DNA from: Alphaproteobacteria bacterium
Lineage (GTDB): Bacteria > Pseudomonadota > Alphaproteobacteria > MPNO01
Length of the DNA: 64,000 nt
NCBI GenBank assembly: GCA_965242495.1
Contig: OZ251446.1
Location: 540,844-604,843 of the forward strand
Reading direction: 5' to 3'
Below are positions 55,452-64,000 of this stretch, piece by piece. Each line of letters begins with the position of its first letter. Positions within the stretch are counted from its first letter, which is position 1. Position numbers and translations under genes: made by a program. The notes beneath the pieces are model-generated. The model searched no databases. It was not told the DNA's origin and saw only the letters and a program-made list of their open reading frames with translations.

Positions 55452-55634
55452 TCACCCGTCTTCCTCTTCGCGGACGACGGCGAGGCTCACCACGTCGCCG
55501 TTCACGAGGCGTTTCCCGGCATGTTCGAAATTGACGGTCACGCGGCCGTCGATCGTCGATTGCACTTGGCCGATCCCCCAGTCGGGCCGGGCCGGGTGGC
55601 GGACGAGCGCGCCGGGTATAATTTCTTCCAGCAT
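55452..55634 (-). CDS. DUF3553-family small protein
   Basis: 60 aa: MLEEIIPGALVRHPARPDWGIGQVQSTIDGRVTVNFEHAGKRLVNGDVVSLAVVREEEDG. Only the C-terminal 60 codons of track ORF 55452..55910 are used. Confidence 0.6.
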   Translation of the reverse strand: MLEEIIPGALVRHPARPDWGIGQVQSTIDGRVTVNFEHAGKRLVNGDVVSLAVVREEEDG

Positions 55635-55651
55635 GATCTTGCCTTTCTGTT

Positions 55652-56455
55652 CTAGATATCTGAAAAATCTGGTTTTTTCTTGGAAATGAAGCTGTTGATA
55701 CCGTGCCGGAACGCCTCCCCGAAGCGGATTTTCTCGAACGCCTGCCCTTCCATCCGGAGCCCGCTGCCGAGGGGAGCTTCGTAAGCTTGGTCGAGCACTT
55801 TTTTCAGCGTCGCCAGTGGGATTGACGGGCGCGCCGCCATGTCCCCGACCCAGCGGGCGACGGCGGCGTCGAGCTCGCCGTCGGGGACGACTTCGGTAAC
55901 GAGGCCCCAATCGAAGGCTTCTTCGGCCGACAGCCGCCGACCGCGCATGATCATCTCCTTGGCGCGGCCCAGCCCGGCGATCCGGGCGATCCGTTGGGTG
56001 CCGCCCGATCCCGGAATGGTGCCGAGATTGATCTCGGGCAATGCGAGCGCCGTGGACCGGGTGGCGAGCCGGAAGTCGCAGGCGAGCGCGAGCTCGAAGC
56101 CGACCCCCATGGCGAATCGCTCCATCGCCGCAATCACCGGTTTGGAGCAGCGTTCGGGCGCGGCCACGTTCCAGGCCAAATCCGACATACCGTCCGGCGG
56201 CACGTCCAGGAATCCGGTGATGTCGCCGCCCGCGGTGAACACGCCGTTTGCTCCCTTCAGGACGATCACGCGAATCTCGGGATCGCGGTCCATCTCCTCG
56301 AACAGAGCGGCGATCCGGGCGCGAGCGGCGAAGCTCACCACGTTCATCGGCGGCCGATCGAGGATGACGTATCCCGCGCCCGTCGCAATCTCCTTTATCC
56401 AGCGGAGGCCGTCCGCTTCGGCCGGTTCGCCGGTTCGGTTCTTCGTATTGGTCAT
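55652..56455 (-). CDS. enoyl-CoA hydratase/isomerase (crotonase) family protein
   Basis: …ILDRPPMNVVSFAARARIAALFEEMDRDPEIRVIVLKGANGVFTAGGDITGF…, a crotonase fold with the oxyanion-hole region. Confidence 0.85.
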   Translation of the reverse strand: MTNTKNRTGEPAEADGLRWIKEIATGAGYVILDRPPMNVVSFAARARIAALFEEMDRDPEIRVIVLKGANGVFTAGGDITGFLDVPPDGMSDLAWNVAAPERCSKPVIAAMERFAMGVGFELALACDFRLATRSTALALPEINLGTIPGSGGTQRIARIAGLGRAKEMIMRGRRLSAEEAFDWGLVTEVVPDGELDAAVARWVGDMAARPSIPLATLKKVLDQAYEAPLGSGLRMEGQAFEKIRFGEAFRHGINSFISKKKPDFSDI

Positions 56456-56541
56456 GCCGTCATCCGGTTCGCGCCCCGGCCGGTTGCCGGGCGCGCCTGT
56501 GAATCCGATAATCCGGCCCGGCCGCCGGCACGGAGCGACGC

Positions 56542-57522
56542 ATGCCCCGCCTTACTTTGACGATCGCGCTCGAACGTTACGACCGCCATATGCCATTTTT
56601 TCTGGGCACGGTCACGCCCCCGGCCGGAGTCGAACTCGAACCGCTCGAGGTCGGCATGACGCCGTCGACACGCCATGGCGCGGATCGCCACGGGCGGATG
56701 CTGCGCGACCGGGAGTTCGACATCGCCGAGGTCTCGCTCGCTTCCTACGTCATGGCCAAGGCCCGGGGCGCGGCGTTCACCGCGGTGCCCGTATTTCCAC
56801 GCCGTCTGTTTTGCCAGAACCACATCTTCGTCAACGCGGCCGCCGGCATCGAACGGCCGCAGGACCTGGCCGGTCGGCGGGTAGCGATCTGGGCTTGGCA
56901 AGTGACGATGTCGGTGCTGGCCAAGGGCGACCTCAAGTCGATCTACGGCGTCCCGTGGGAACGGATCGACTGGTTCGTCGTCAATCGCGAGGAGATTCCC
57001 TGGGAGGTGCCGGAGGGCCTGTCGATCCGACCGATTCCGGCCGGCGCGGATCCCGGCGAGATGCTGATCGCCGGCGAGCTCGACGCCTTGATCAGCCCGC
57101 ACCCGCCGCACTCGGTGCTGGCGGCGACGGACCGGGCGCGGCGGCTGTTTCCCGACGCCTCGGCCGAATGCGCGCAGTATCACGAGCGCGTCGGGTTCTA
57201 CCCGATCATGCATCTGATGGCGTTGGGGGAAGACCTCGCCGCGCGGGAGCCGTGGCTGCCGCGCGCGATCGTGGACATGTGGGAGCAGGCCAAGGCCCAG
57301 ACCGCCGGCTACTACGCCGACCCGGGATTCTCGATGCTGGCCTTCGCCCGCAACGAGTTCGAGCGCCAGCGCGACGGTCTCGGCGACGACCTGTGGCCGT
57401 CGGGATTGGTCGCCAACCGCGCCAATCTCGAACGGTTCATCGGTTATTGCCACGACCAGCATCTGATCGACCGGCCGCTCGACCCTGCGCTGCTGTTCCA
57501 CGAGTCGGTGCTGGACGGCTGA
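56542..57522 (+). CDS. cytoplasmic NMT1/THI5-like fold protein, 4,5-dihydroxyphthalate decarboxylase-like family
   Basis: 326 aa with no signal peptide: MPRLTLTIALERYDRHMPFFLGTVTPPAGVELEPLEV…. The annotation is by family-level resemblance only. Confidence 0.5.
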   Translation: MPRLTLTIALERYDRHMPFFLGTVTPPAGVELEPLEVGMTPSTRHGADRHGRMLRDREFDIAEVSLASYVMAKARGAAFTAVPVFPRRLFCQNHIFVNAAAGIERPQDLAGRRVAIWAWQVTMSVLAKGDLKSIYGVPWERIDWFVVNREEIPWEVPEGLSIRPIPAGADPGEMLIAGELDALISPHPPHSVLAATDRARRLFPDASAECAQYHERVGFYPIMHLMALGEDLAAREPWLPRAIVDMWEQAKAQTAGYYADPGFSMLAFARNEFERQRDGLGDDLWPSGLVANRANLERFIGYCHDQHLIDRPLDPALLFHESVLDG

Positions 57523-57564
57523 CGCGCCGCTTGGCGCCGGCCGCCGGCGGAGCGCGCCGCAGCC

Positions 57565-58497
57565 ATGTCGGACGGTTCTCGGCGAGGCGGCGCCCCGGGT
57601 CTTGCCGAACGCCGCCTTCCGCTATGGCTCGCCATGTCGTTGTTGATCGTCGCCTCGGCGTCATGGGCGGGGAGCGGGGTCGCCGCGCGCGCCGCCGCGG
57701 GCAACGTGCCGCCGGTCACGCTGGCCTTCCTCCGCTGGTCCATCGCCCTTCTCCTGTTTCTCCCGTTCGGGGGCCTTCCGCTATGGCGTGAGCGCAGGGC
57801 GTTCCTGCAACACTGGAAGACGGTCGTCGCCTTCGGCTTTTTCGGCATCGTCGGTTTCACCACCCCGTATTACGTCGGGCTTCACTTCACCACGGTGGTG
57901 AACAGCACGATCCTCAACGCCACCGGCCCGATCATGGTGGTGTTTCTGTCCTTCGCGATGTTGGGGGTCGTCATCGCGCGGCGGCAGCTGGCCGGCATCG
58001 GGCTCGCGCTGATCGGCGCGCTCGTCATCGTAGCGCGCGGCGATCTCGACCGTCTCGCGGTCTTCGCCTTCAATCTCGGCGACGGGTTGGTGTTGGCGGC
58101 TTACCTGTCCTGGTCGATGTACACGGTCATGCTGCGCTGGCGCCCACAGGGGCTCGGTCAGTACAGCTTCCTGGTGGCGATGATCGGCGTGTCCTGCCTG
58201 ATGTTGGCGCCGGGCTTCGCGTGGGAGCTCGCGCGCGGCATGACGTTCGAGCCGACCGGCGGCAACCTGCTCATCGTCGGCTATTCGGCGGTGGTGGCCT
58301 CCGTTCTTGCCTATCTGTTCTGGAACATGGCGGTTCCGGTGCTGGGAGCCAATCGCGCCGCGGTCAGCCTCTACCTCCAACCCGCGTTCGGCGTGATCTT
58401 CGGGATCGTCATCCTCGGCGAAGCGGTCGAACCCTTCCATTTCGTCGGCGTGGTCGCGATCTTCGCCGGCGTCTACCTGTCGACCGCCCGTCGGTGA
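57565..58497 (+). CDS. DMT-superfamily (EamA-like) transporter
   Basis: Ten predicted transmembrane helices forming two EamA repeats. Confidence 0.85.
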   Translation: MSDGSRRGGAPGLAERRLPLWLAMSLLIVASASWAGSGVAARAAAGNVPPVTLAFLRWSIALLLFLPFGGLPLWRERRAFLQHWKTVVAFGFFGIVGFTTPYYVGLHFTTVVNSTILNATGPIMVVFLSFAMLGVVIARRQLAGIGLALIGALVIVARGDLDRLAVFAFNLGDGLVLAAYLSWSMYTVMLRWRPQGLGQYSFLVAMIGVSCLMLAPGFAWELARGMTFEPTGGNLLIVGYSAVVASVLAYLFWNMAVPVLGANRAAVSLYLQPAFGVIFGIVILGEAVEPFHFVGVVAIFAGVYLSTARR

Positions 58498-58516
58498 ACG
58501 GGCGCGCTGCGGCAGG

Positions 58517-60145
58517 TCAGCCGCGCCCCGCCTCGTTCCCCAGGATCGAATCGGCGAGCCGTTCCCCCGTCGCGACCAGCTGCGGAATCACGAGGTCAGC
58601 CCCCGCGTTGCGCAGCTCTTCGGCGTGGTCGTCGTCATGGGCGCGCGCCAGCACGCGCAGCCCCGGAAAGACGTAGCGCAACATGCCCGCCAGCTGCGTA
58701 GCCGCCCGCGGGTTGTCGAGCGCGATCACCATCGCCCGCGCGCTTTCGATGCGGAGCGCCTCCAGTACTTCCGGCCGGGTCGCATCGCCATAGAACACGG
58801 TCTCGCCCCGCGCCCGCGCCTGCGCGACGCGGTCGGGGTCGAGATCGACCGCGATATAGGGTATCCCGCCGGCCTTCAGCTCGGCGCCGATGGTCCTGCC
58901 GACCCGCCCGTACCCGCCGACGACGACATGATCGCCAAGCATCGGCGCGCCGTCGGCGACGGCGTCGCCGCGTGCGGCGACGAAACGCCCGAAACGGCGG
59001 TTGAAGGTGAGAGCGGCGTGGGCGAGCACCGGCGTCAACAGCAGCGTGACCGCGATGGCGACGATCAACAGATTCGCCAGCTCCGGGGCCAGGACGCCTT
59101 GCATCACCCCGACGCCGAGCAGGATGAAACCGAACTCGCCGCCCTGCGACAGCATCAGCCCGAGTGAAACCGAGACCGCCGCCGACAGCCGGAACGCCAG
59201 GGCGAGCCCTGCCAGGATGAGGCCCTTGCACACGATGATCGCGACCGCCAGGGCCGCGACCGCGCCGAGGGCCGGCGGCGTCAGATCCAGGTCGGCCGAC
59301 ATGCCTACCGTCATGAAGAACAGACCCAGGAGCAGGCCGCGAAACGGCTGGATCTCGGCGGCGACCTGATGCCGGTACTGCGTCTCGGCGAGCATCATGC
59401 CGGCGAGGAAGCCGCCGAGCGCCATCGACAGACCGGCGGTGCGGGTCAGGAGCGCGGTCGCCAACACCAACAACAGCGTCGTCGCGACGAAGACTTCGGT
59501 GTTGCGGGCGATCGCGGCGAAGCGAAACAGATGTCGGAGGCCGTAGCGGCCGACGAGCAGAAACGCTGCGAGCGCGAGGACCGCCTTTCCAACCGCGAGA
59601 CCCAGCGCCCGGCCCAACGACTCCGACTCCGCGCCAAGAGCCAGAATGACCACGAGAATCGGCCCGACCACGATGTCCTGGGTCAGCAAGACGGCAAGGG
59701 CGGTCCTTCCGAACCGGGTGGCGAGCCGCCCCCGGTCGATCAGGAACTGGACCACGAAGACCGTCGACGACAGCGCGAGGCCCAAACCGATGACGACGGC
59801 GGCTTCGACCGGCAAGCCAAATCCGACCGCTACCGCGGCGGCAAAGGCGCCGGTCGCCAGGACCTGGACGAGCCCAAGTGCGAACGTCGTCAGCGGTAGT
59901 ACGCGAAGGCGTTCAAGCGGAAGTTCGAGACCGATCGTGAACAACAGGAACAGAACGCCGAACTCGGCGATCGGCCGCACGGTCTCCACGTCGGTGATGA
60001 AACCGATTCCGAACGGCCCGATCGCCGCCCCGGCGATGAGGTATCCAAGCGCCACCGCCAGCTTGAGGCGGCGGAACAGCGACGCCGACACGACCGCCGC
60101 GGTCAGGATCACGATGACGTCGATCAGATAGGGATCGTGTTCCAT
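58517..60145 (-). CDS. CPA2-family monovalent cation:proton antiporter with a C-terminal TrkA-N/KTN domain (KefB/KefC-like)
   Basis: From MEHDPYLIDVIVILTAAV…: a Na_H exchanger membrane domain, then …HVVVGGYGRVGRTIGAEL…, a Rossmann KTN domain. The first 50 codons of track ORF 58517..60295 are Cys/Arg-rich filler. Confidence 0.85.
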   Translation of the reverse strand: MEHDPYLIDVIVILTAAVVSASLFRRLKLAVALGYLIAGAAIGPFGIGFITDVETVRPIAEFGVLFLLFTIGLELPLERLRVLPLTTFALGLVQVLATGAFAAAVAVGFGLPVEAAVVIGLGLALSSTVFVVQFLIDRGRLATRFGRTALAVLLTQDIVVGPILVVILALGAESESLGRALGLAVGKAVLALAAFLLVGRYGLRHLFRFAAIARNTEVFVATTLLLVLATALLTRTAGLSMALGGFLAGMMLAETQYRHQVAAEIQPFRGLLLGLFFMTVGMSADLDLTPPALGAVAALAVAIIVCKGLILAGLALAFRLSAAVSVSLGLMLSQGGEFGFILLGVGVMQGVLAPELANLLIVAIAVTLLLTPVLAHAALTFNRRFGRFVAARGDAVADGAPMLGDHVVVGGYGRVGRTIGAELKAGGIPYIAVDLDPDRVAQARARGETVFYGDATRPEVLEALRIESARAMVIALDNPRAATQLAGMLRYVFPGLRVLARAHDDDHAEELRNAGADLVIPQLVATGERLADSILGNEAGRG

Positions 60146-60149
60146 GGCG

Positions 60150-61412
60150 TCACGATCCGTCCCGACGGGACTGCTCAACCTCGAGCGCCGCGGCCATGAC
60201 GCGCTTGCGCCGCTCCGCCCACAGCCATGCCCCGAGGCAAAGGACCGCGCCGCCCAACACCGGCCATCGCAGCCCGACATAGCCGGACAATCCACCCATC
60301 ATCAGCGCGCCGATCGCCGGCGCGCCGCGCCCGATCATGCCGTAGAGCCCCAGCACCCGCCCGCGCATGGCGGGATCGACCGCGCTCTGGATCAACGTCT
60401 GCTCTCCGACGCCGAGCACGATCATCGCGAAGCCGGCGCAGGCGAGGCAGGGCAGAGCCAGCCAGAATTGATCCGTCGCGGCGAAACCGATCAGCGCCGC
60501 CGACAGGAGCAGGGCGCTGCGGATGGAGACGGTCGTGAGGCCCACGACCGTGCCCCGTCGGGCTAGCCACAGGCCGCCCAGCATGGCGCCGAGACCCACC
60601 ATCGATGTGAGCCAGGCCAATCCCTCGGCGCCGCGGCCGAACACCTGGTCGGCGAAGCCCGGCAGCAGTTCGACATAGGGCCGTCCGAACACGGAGACGA
60701 AAGTCAGGATCAGCATCACCGGTCCGATGCCGGCATGTCGCGCCGCATAGGCGTACCCTTCGCCGATCTCGGCCGCGATGTTGCGCACCGGCCCCCACCC
60801 GCCCGCGGGCGCCGTGTCCAGCCGCAACAGACTCAGCGCGCCGATGAACAGGGCGTAGGTGCCGGCGTTCAACGCGAAGGCCCAGCCGACGCCGTACTGC
60901 ACGATCAGCAGCCCGGATATCATCGGACCGACGAAGCGGGCGCCGTTGAACGACAGAGAATTGACCCCGATCGCAGCCGACAGGTCACGACGCGGCACCA
61001 GGCTGGGGACGATGGCGAGCCTCGCGGGTTGCTGGAAAGCAAGCACTGCGCCGCCCGCGGCGACCAGGCACAGCAGCAGTTCGATCGTCATCGCGCCGCT
61101 GAGCGTGAAGATCCCAAGCGCGAGCGACTGCCCGAAGCTCGCGCCCTGGGTGATCTTCAACAGGCGGAGGCGGTCCATCCGATCGGCGACCGCCCCCGTG
61201 AGCGGGGCGAGTACGACGGTCGGGAACAGGTCGGCGAAGGCGATGACGCCGAGCCACGCGCCCGACTCCGTGAGCTCCCATGTCAGCCAGCCGACCGCAA
61301 CGCGCTGGACCCAGGTGCCGATGTGGGAAACGACGTTGCCCGCGGTGTAGATCCCGTAGTTGCGATGCGACAGCGCGCGCGCGATGGCGCCGAACCCGGC
61401 GTTCAGATTCAT
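60150..61412 (-). CDS. MFS transporter (EntS/YbdA-like family)
   Basis: 12 transmembrane helices; starts MNLNAGFGAIARALSHRNYGIYTAGNVVSHIGTWVQRVAVGWL…. Confidence 0.8.
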   Translation of the reverse strand: MNLNAGFGAIARALSHRNYGIYTAGNVVSHIGTWVQRVAVGWLTWELTESGAWLGVIAFADLFPTVVLAPLTGAVADRMDRLRLLKITQGASFGQSLALGIFTLSGAMTIELLLCLVAAGGAVLAFQQPARLAIVPSLVPRRDLSAAIGVNSLSFNGARFVGPMISGLLIVQYGVGWAFALNAGTYALFIGALSLLRLDTAPAGGWGPVRNIAAEIGEGYAYAARHAGIGPVMLILTFVSVFGRPYVELLPGFADQVFGRGAEGLAWLTSMVGLGAMLGGLWLARRGTVVGLTTVSIRSALLLSAALIGFAATDQFWLALPCLACAGFAMIVLGVGEQTLIQSAVDPAMRGRVLGLYGMIGRGAPAIGALMMGGLSGYVGLRWPVLGGAVLCLGAWLWAERRKRVMAAALEVEQSRRDGS

Positions 61413-61600
61413 TCCCGATGCTGTCGGTCCGCCAACCAAGCGTTGACGCGAACGACAGCATAGTCCGTATCTCTCGCCCTGGCCATGACCTCACGCCGCC
61501 CGAAGATCGCCTCGGGCGCGCGGCGTGTGCGGGAATATCGCCTTGCCGGCCTCGGGGCGGCGTTATAGCTTCGCCCGGCGAACGATCCAGGAAACGCCCC

Positions 61601-62926
61601 ATGCCCGACGATGCCCGGACCGCGGTCAACACGCTCGAACCCTACTGGATGCCGTTCACCGCCAACCGGCAGTTCAAGTCGGCGCCTCGAATCGTCGCCG
61701 CCGCCAAGGACATGCACTACGTCGCAGACAACGGACGCCGACTGCTCGACGGTTCGGCCGGCATGTGGTGCGTGAACGCCGGCCATTGCCGCGACAAGAT
61801 CGTCCGGGCGGTGCAGAAACAGGCCGCGAAGATGGACTACGCGCCGGCCTTCCAATGCGGCCATCCTGGCGCGTTCGAACTGTCGGCGCGGCTGTCGGCG
61901 CTGTTGCCGGGAGATCTCGATCATGTGTTCTACGGCAATTCGGGTTCGGAGGCGGTCGATACCGCCCTCAAGATCGCGCTCGCCTATCACCGGCAGGCCG
62001 GCGAGGCGACGCGCACGAGATTCATCGGTCGCGAGCGCGGTTATCACGGCGTCGGGTTCGGCGGAACCGCAGTCGGCGGCATCTCGGCCAACCGCCGGCA
62101 GTTCGGCAACCTGCTCGCCGGCGTGGATCATTTGCCGCACACGTACAACCTGAAGGAAACCGCCTTCAGCCGCGGCCAGCCCGCCTGGGGCGCCCATCTG
62201 GCGGACGACCTCGAACGTATCGTCGCTCTGCACGACGCCTCGACGATCGCCGCCGTCATCGTCGAGCCGGTGGCCGGCTCGACCGGAGTCCTACCGCCGC
62301 CGCAGGGATATCTCGAACGGTTGCGCAAGCTCTGCGACCGGCACGGGATACTGCTCATCCTGGACGAAGTCATCACCGGTTTCGGCCGGACCGGCGAGGC
62401 GTTCGGCGCCGAACGCTTCGGCGTCCTGCCCGACATGCTGACGATGGCGAAGGGGCTGACCAACGCTACCGTACCGATGTCCGCGGTGGCGGTCCGCAAG
62501 GAGATTTACGACAGTTTCATGGCTGGGCCGGCCGGGGTCGAGCTGTTCCACGGCTATACATATTCGGCGCACCCCCTGGCCTGCGCCGCCGGGCTCGCGA
62601 CGCTCGAAGTCTATGCGGAGGAGGGGTTGTTCGCCCGCGCCGGGGCGCTGTCGCCGGTGTGGGAGGATGCGATCCACGCGCTCCGGGGCCTGCCCCATGT
62701 CATCGACATCCGCAATATCGGGCTGATGGGCGCGGTCGAGCTCGAGCCGCGCGACGGCGCGCCGGGGACGCGGGCCTTCGACGTCTATCTCAGATGCTTC
62801 GAGTTGGGGCTGCTGCTGCGCCAGACCGGCGACGTCCTGGCGTTGTCGCCGCCGCTGATCGTCGGCGAATCGGAGATCGAACGGATGTTCTCGATCCTGG
62901 CCGAGGCGATCCGCACCGCGGCGTGA
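61601..62926 (+). CDS. class III (omega) aminotransferase, beta-alanine/taurine--pyruvate transaminase-like
   Basis: MPDDARTAVNTLEPYWMPFTANRQFKSAPRIVAAAKDMHYVADNGRRLLDGSAGMWCVNAGHC…, with the PLP-lysine context LLILDEVITGFGRTG…MAKGLT. Confidence 0.9.
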   Translation: MPDDARTAVNTLEPYWMPFTANRQFKSAPRIVAAAKDMHYVADNGRRLLDGSAGMWCVNAGHCRDKIVRAVQKQAAKMDYAPAFQCGHPGAFELSARLSALLPGDLDHVFYGNSGSEAVDTALKIALAYHRQAGEATRTRFIGRERGYHGVGFGGTAVGGISANRRQFGNLLAGVDHLPHTYNLKETAFSRGQPAWGAHLADDLERIVALHDASTIAAVIVEPVAGSTGVLPPPQGYLERLRKLCDRHGILLILDEVITGFGRTGEAFGAERFGVLPDMLTMAKGLTNATVPMSAVAVRKEIYDSFMAGPAGVELFHGYTYSAHPLACAAGLATLEVYAEEGLFARAGALSPVWEDAIHALRGLPHVIDIRNIGLMGAVELEPRDGAPGTRAFDVYLRCFELGLLLRQTGDVLALSPPLIVGESEIERMFSILAEAIRTAA

Positions 62927-62957
62927 ACCGGAACGACCCGGAGAAAGGGAGGAGCGA

Positions 62958-63491
62958 ATGAGCGTCGCACGACATCCGCGCCCCAGGGAACTCGAGGGCG
63001 TCGGCATCGACGAGATCGCCGACAGATACGTCCGCCGCTACCGCGACATCGCATCCGATTGGGAGGCCTTCGAGGACGCCAGGATCGAAGGCTACAAGCG
63101 GGCGCAGCATCGGTTCATCGGTGCCGGCGGGTCGGGCAAGCACCACGATCCAGATGTCGTGCCGCCGGGCAACTTCACCCTCAGCATCATGTATGTGGAG
63201 CCGGGGCAGGGCAACGCCGCCCACACCCACGAAGTCGAGGAGGTGTTCTTCGTTCTCAAGGGTCTGTTGACCGTCTTCTTCGAGGAGGAGGGCGGCGGGC
63301 GCCGCGTCACGCGCCGGCTGGGTCCGTGGGAATGCGTGGCCTGCCCGCCGGGCGTCATTCATGGCTACGTCAACGACAGCCTCGAGCCGGTATACTTCCA
63401 GGTCATGCTCGGTCGCGGCGCGCCGGAGACCATGGGCTATGCCGAGGACGCGCTGTTCGAGCGCCGGGACGCTCATCTGGCGGCCGAATAG
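62958..63491 (+). CDS. cupin-domain protein
   Basis: …GNAAHTHEVEEVFFVLKGLLTV… and …PPGVIHGYVN…, the two-motif cupin signature. Confidence 0.7.
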   Translation: MSVARHPRPRELEGVGIDEIADRYVRRYRDIASDWEAFEDARIEGYKRAQHRFIGAGGSGKHHDPDVVPPGNFTLSIMYVEPGQGNAAHTHEVEEVFFVLKGLLTVFFEEEGGGRRVTRRLGPWECVACPPGVIHGYVNDSLEPVYFQVMLGRGAPETMGYAEDALFERRDAHLAAE

Positions 63492-63561
63492 CAGGGGACT
63501 TCAGCTTCGCTGCTGACGTTTCGTGTCCGGCCCCGCGCCGACAAACAAGGAGAACGACGAT

Positions 63562-64000
63562 ATGGATGCGGTGGAAGCGCTCACGACCCGCGCCTCTGCG
63601 ATGAAGCTGACTACCCCGGCCCCGTCGGACAAGGCTCTGGATGCGATCATGGCCTCGGCGATGCGCGCCGCCGACCACGGGCTGATGAAACCCTGGCGCT
63701 TTCTGGTCGTCGAAGGAGAAGCCCGGAACCGGCTGGGCGCGCTCATGGCGGACGCCCTCAAGAAGCGCGCGCCGGACGCCGGCGACGAGGATCTCGAACG
63801 CGAACGGGCGAAACCGCTGCGCGCGCCGTTGGTGGTTGTCGTCGTCGCGGCGATTCGCGAGAATCCGAAAGTGCCGGACATCGAGCAGATCATCTGCGTC
63901 GGCGCCGCGGCTCAGAACATGATGGTGGCGGCCCATGCGATGGGCTATGGCGGCTTCTGGCGCACCGGCGCGCCGGCCTATGACCCGGCGGTCAAGGAAG
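63562..64000 (+). CDS. nitroreductase-family protein (3-prime end outside window)
   Basis: AAGGAG RBS and ATG at 63562: MDAVEALTTRASAMKLTTPAPSDKALDAIMASAMRAADHGLMKPWRFLVVEG…; the ORF is open to the window end. Confidence 0.7.
   Translation, partial: MDAVEALTTRASAMKLTTPAPSDKALDAIMASAMRAADHGLMKPWRFLVVEGEARNRLGALMADALKKRAPDAGDEDLERERAKPLRAPLVVVVVAAIRENPKVPDIEQIICVGAAAQNMMVAAHAMGYGGFWRTGAPAYDPAVKE

Noticed and set aside
1-64000. A scan for CRISPR arrays, integrases, transposases, phage genes or defence-system ATPase/nuclease pairs.
   Set aside because: No direct-repeat/spacer array was found, and no recombinase, transposase or defence-like domain signatures appear in any credible ORF. The window is essentially core genome with small accessory scars.

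Overview
This 64-kb window is high-GC chromosomal DNA. Nearly all of it is densely packed, translationally coupled housekeeping operons. The gene content is consistent with an alphaproteobacterium; this is an inference from the lpxK-waaA-DUF374-msbA arrangement, the NAD-linked FdsGBA formate dehydrogenase, a Mrp/Pha-type antiporter and an Rrf2-controlled suf operon.

Supported calls, in order:
- glnE C-terminal portion, then glmU-glmS, then a class IV aminotransferase.
- A 10-gene minus-strand Mrp/Mbh-type cation:proton antiporter cluster with an unusual E-F-G-A'-B-C-D order, three NuoL/M/N-like subunits, and an embedded 108-aa two-helix protein with a poly-acidic tail.
- A tandem cold-shock-domain protein.
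- A TPP riboswitch controlling an NMT1/THI5-type ABC importer (ATPase-permease-binding protein).
- rpsD.
- A 396-bp non-coding segment bounded by 13-bp perfect inverted repeats, followed by a C14G5 homopolymer tract.
- An orphan gene encoding a nitrile-hydratase-leader-peptide (NHLP) RiPP-type leader ending in Gly-Gly, fused to a 125-aa C-terminal domain. No maturase or exporter lies nearby.
- A frameshifted DUF433 remnant.
- An Lrp regulator divergent from an AceE-type 2-oxoacid dehydrogenase E1.
- tRNA-Leu(UAG), tig and clpP, with no clpX after clpP.
- An SDR, then the Rrf2 regulator plus sufBCDS-sufU-sufT-sufA.
- A DEAD-box helicase, parE, yciA, purD, xseA, an M23 peptidase, an Fe-ADH, and an asparaginase-family protein with a ~230-aa insertion.
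- lpxK-waaA-DUF374-msbA, pmbA, ubiD, a GGCT-like protein, fdsA with a fused fdsGB and DUF3553, a crotonase, an NMT1-like decarboxylase-family protein, EamA, a KefB-type CPA2 antiporter, an MFS transporter, an omega-aminotransferase, a cupin, and the 5-prime part of a nitroreductase.

I found no CRISPR array, integrase, transposase or recognisable defence system. The most unusual loci are the orphan NHLP-leader fusion gene with its upstream inverted-repeat element and poly-C tract, and the Mbh-ordered Mrp cluster that has no soluble module.
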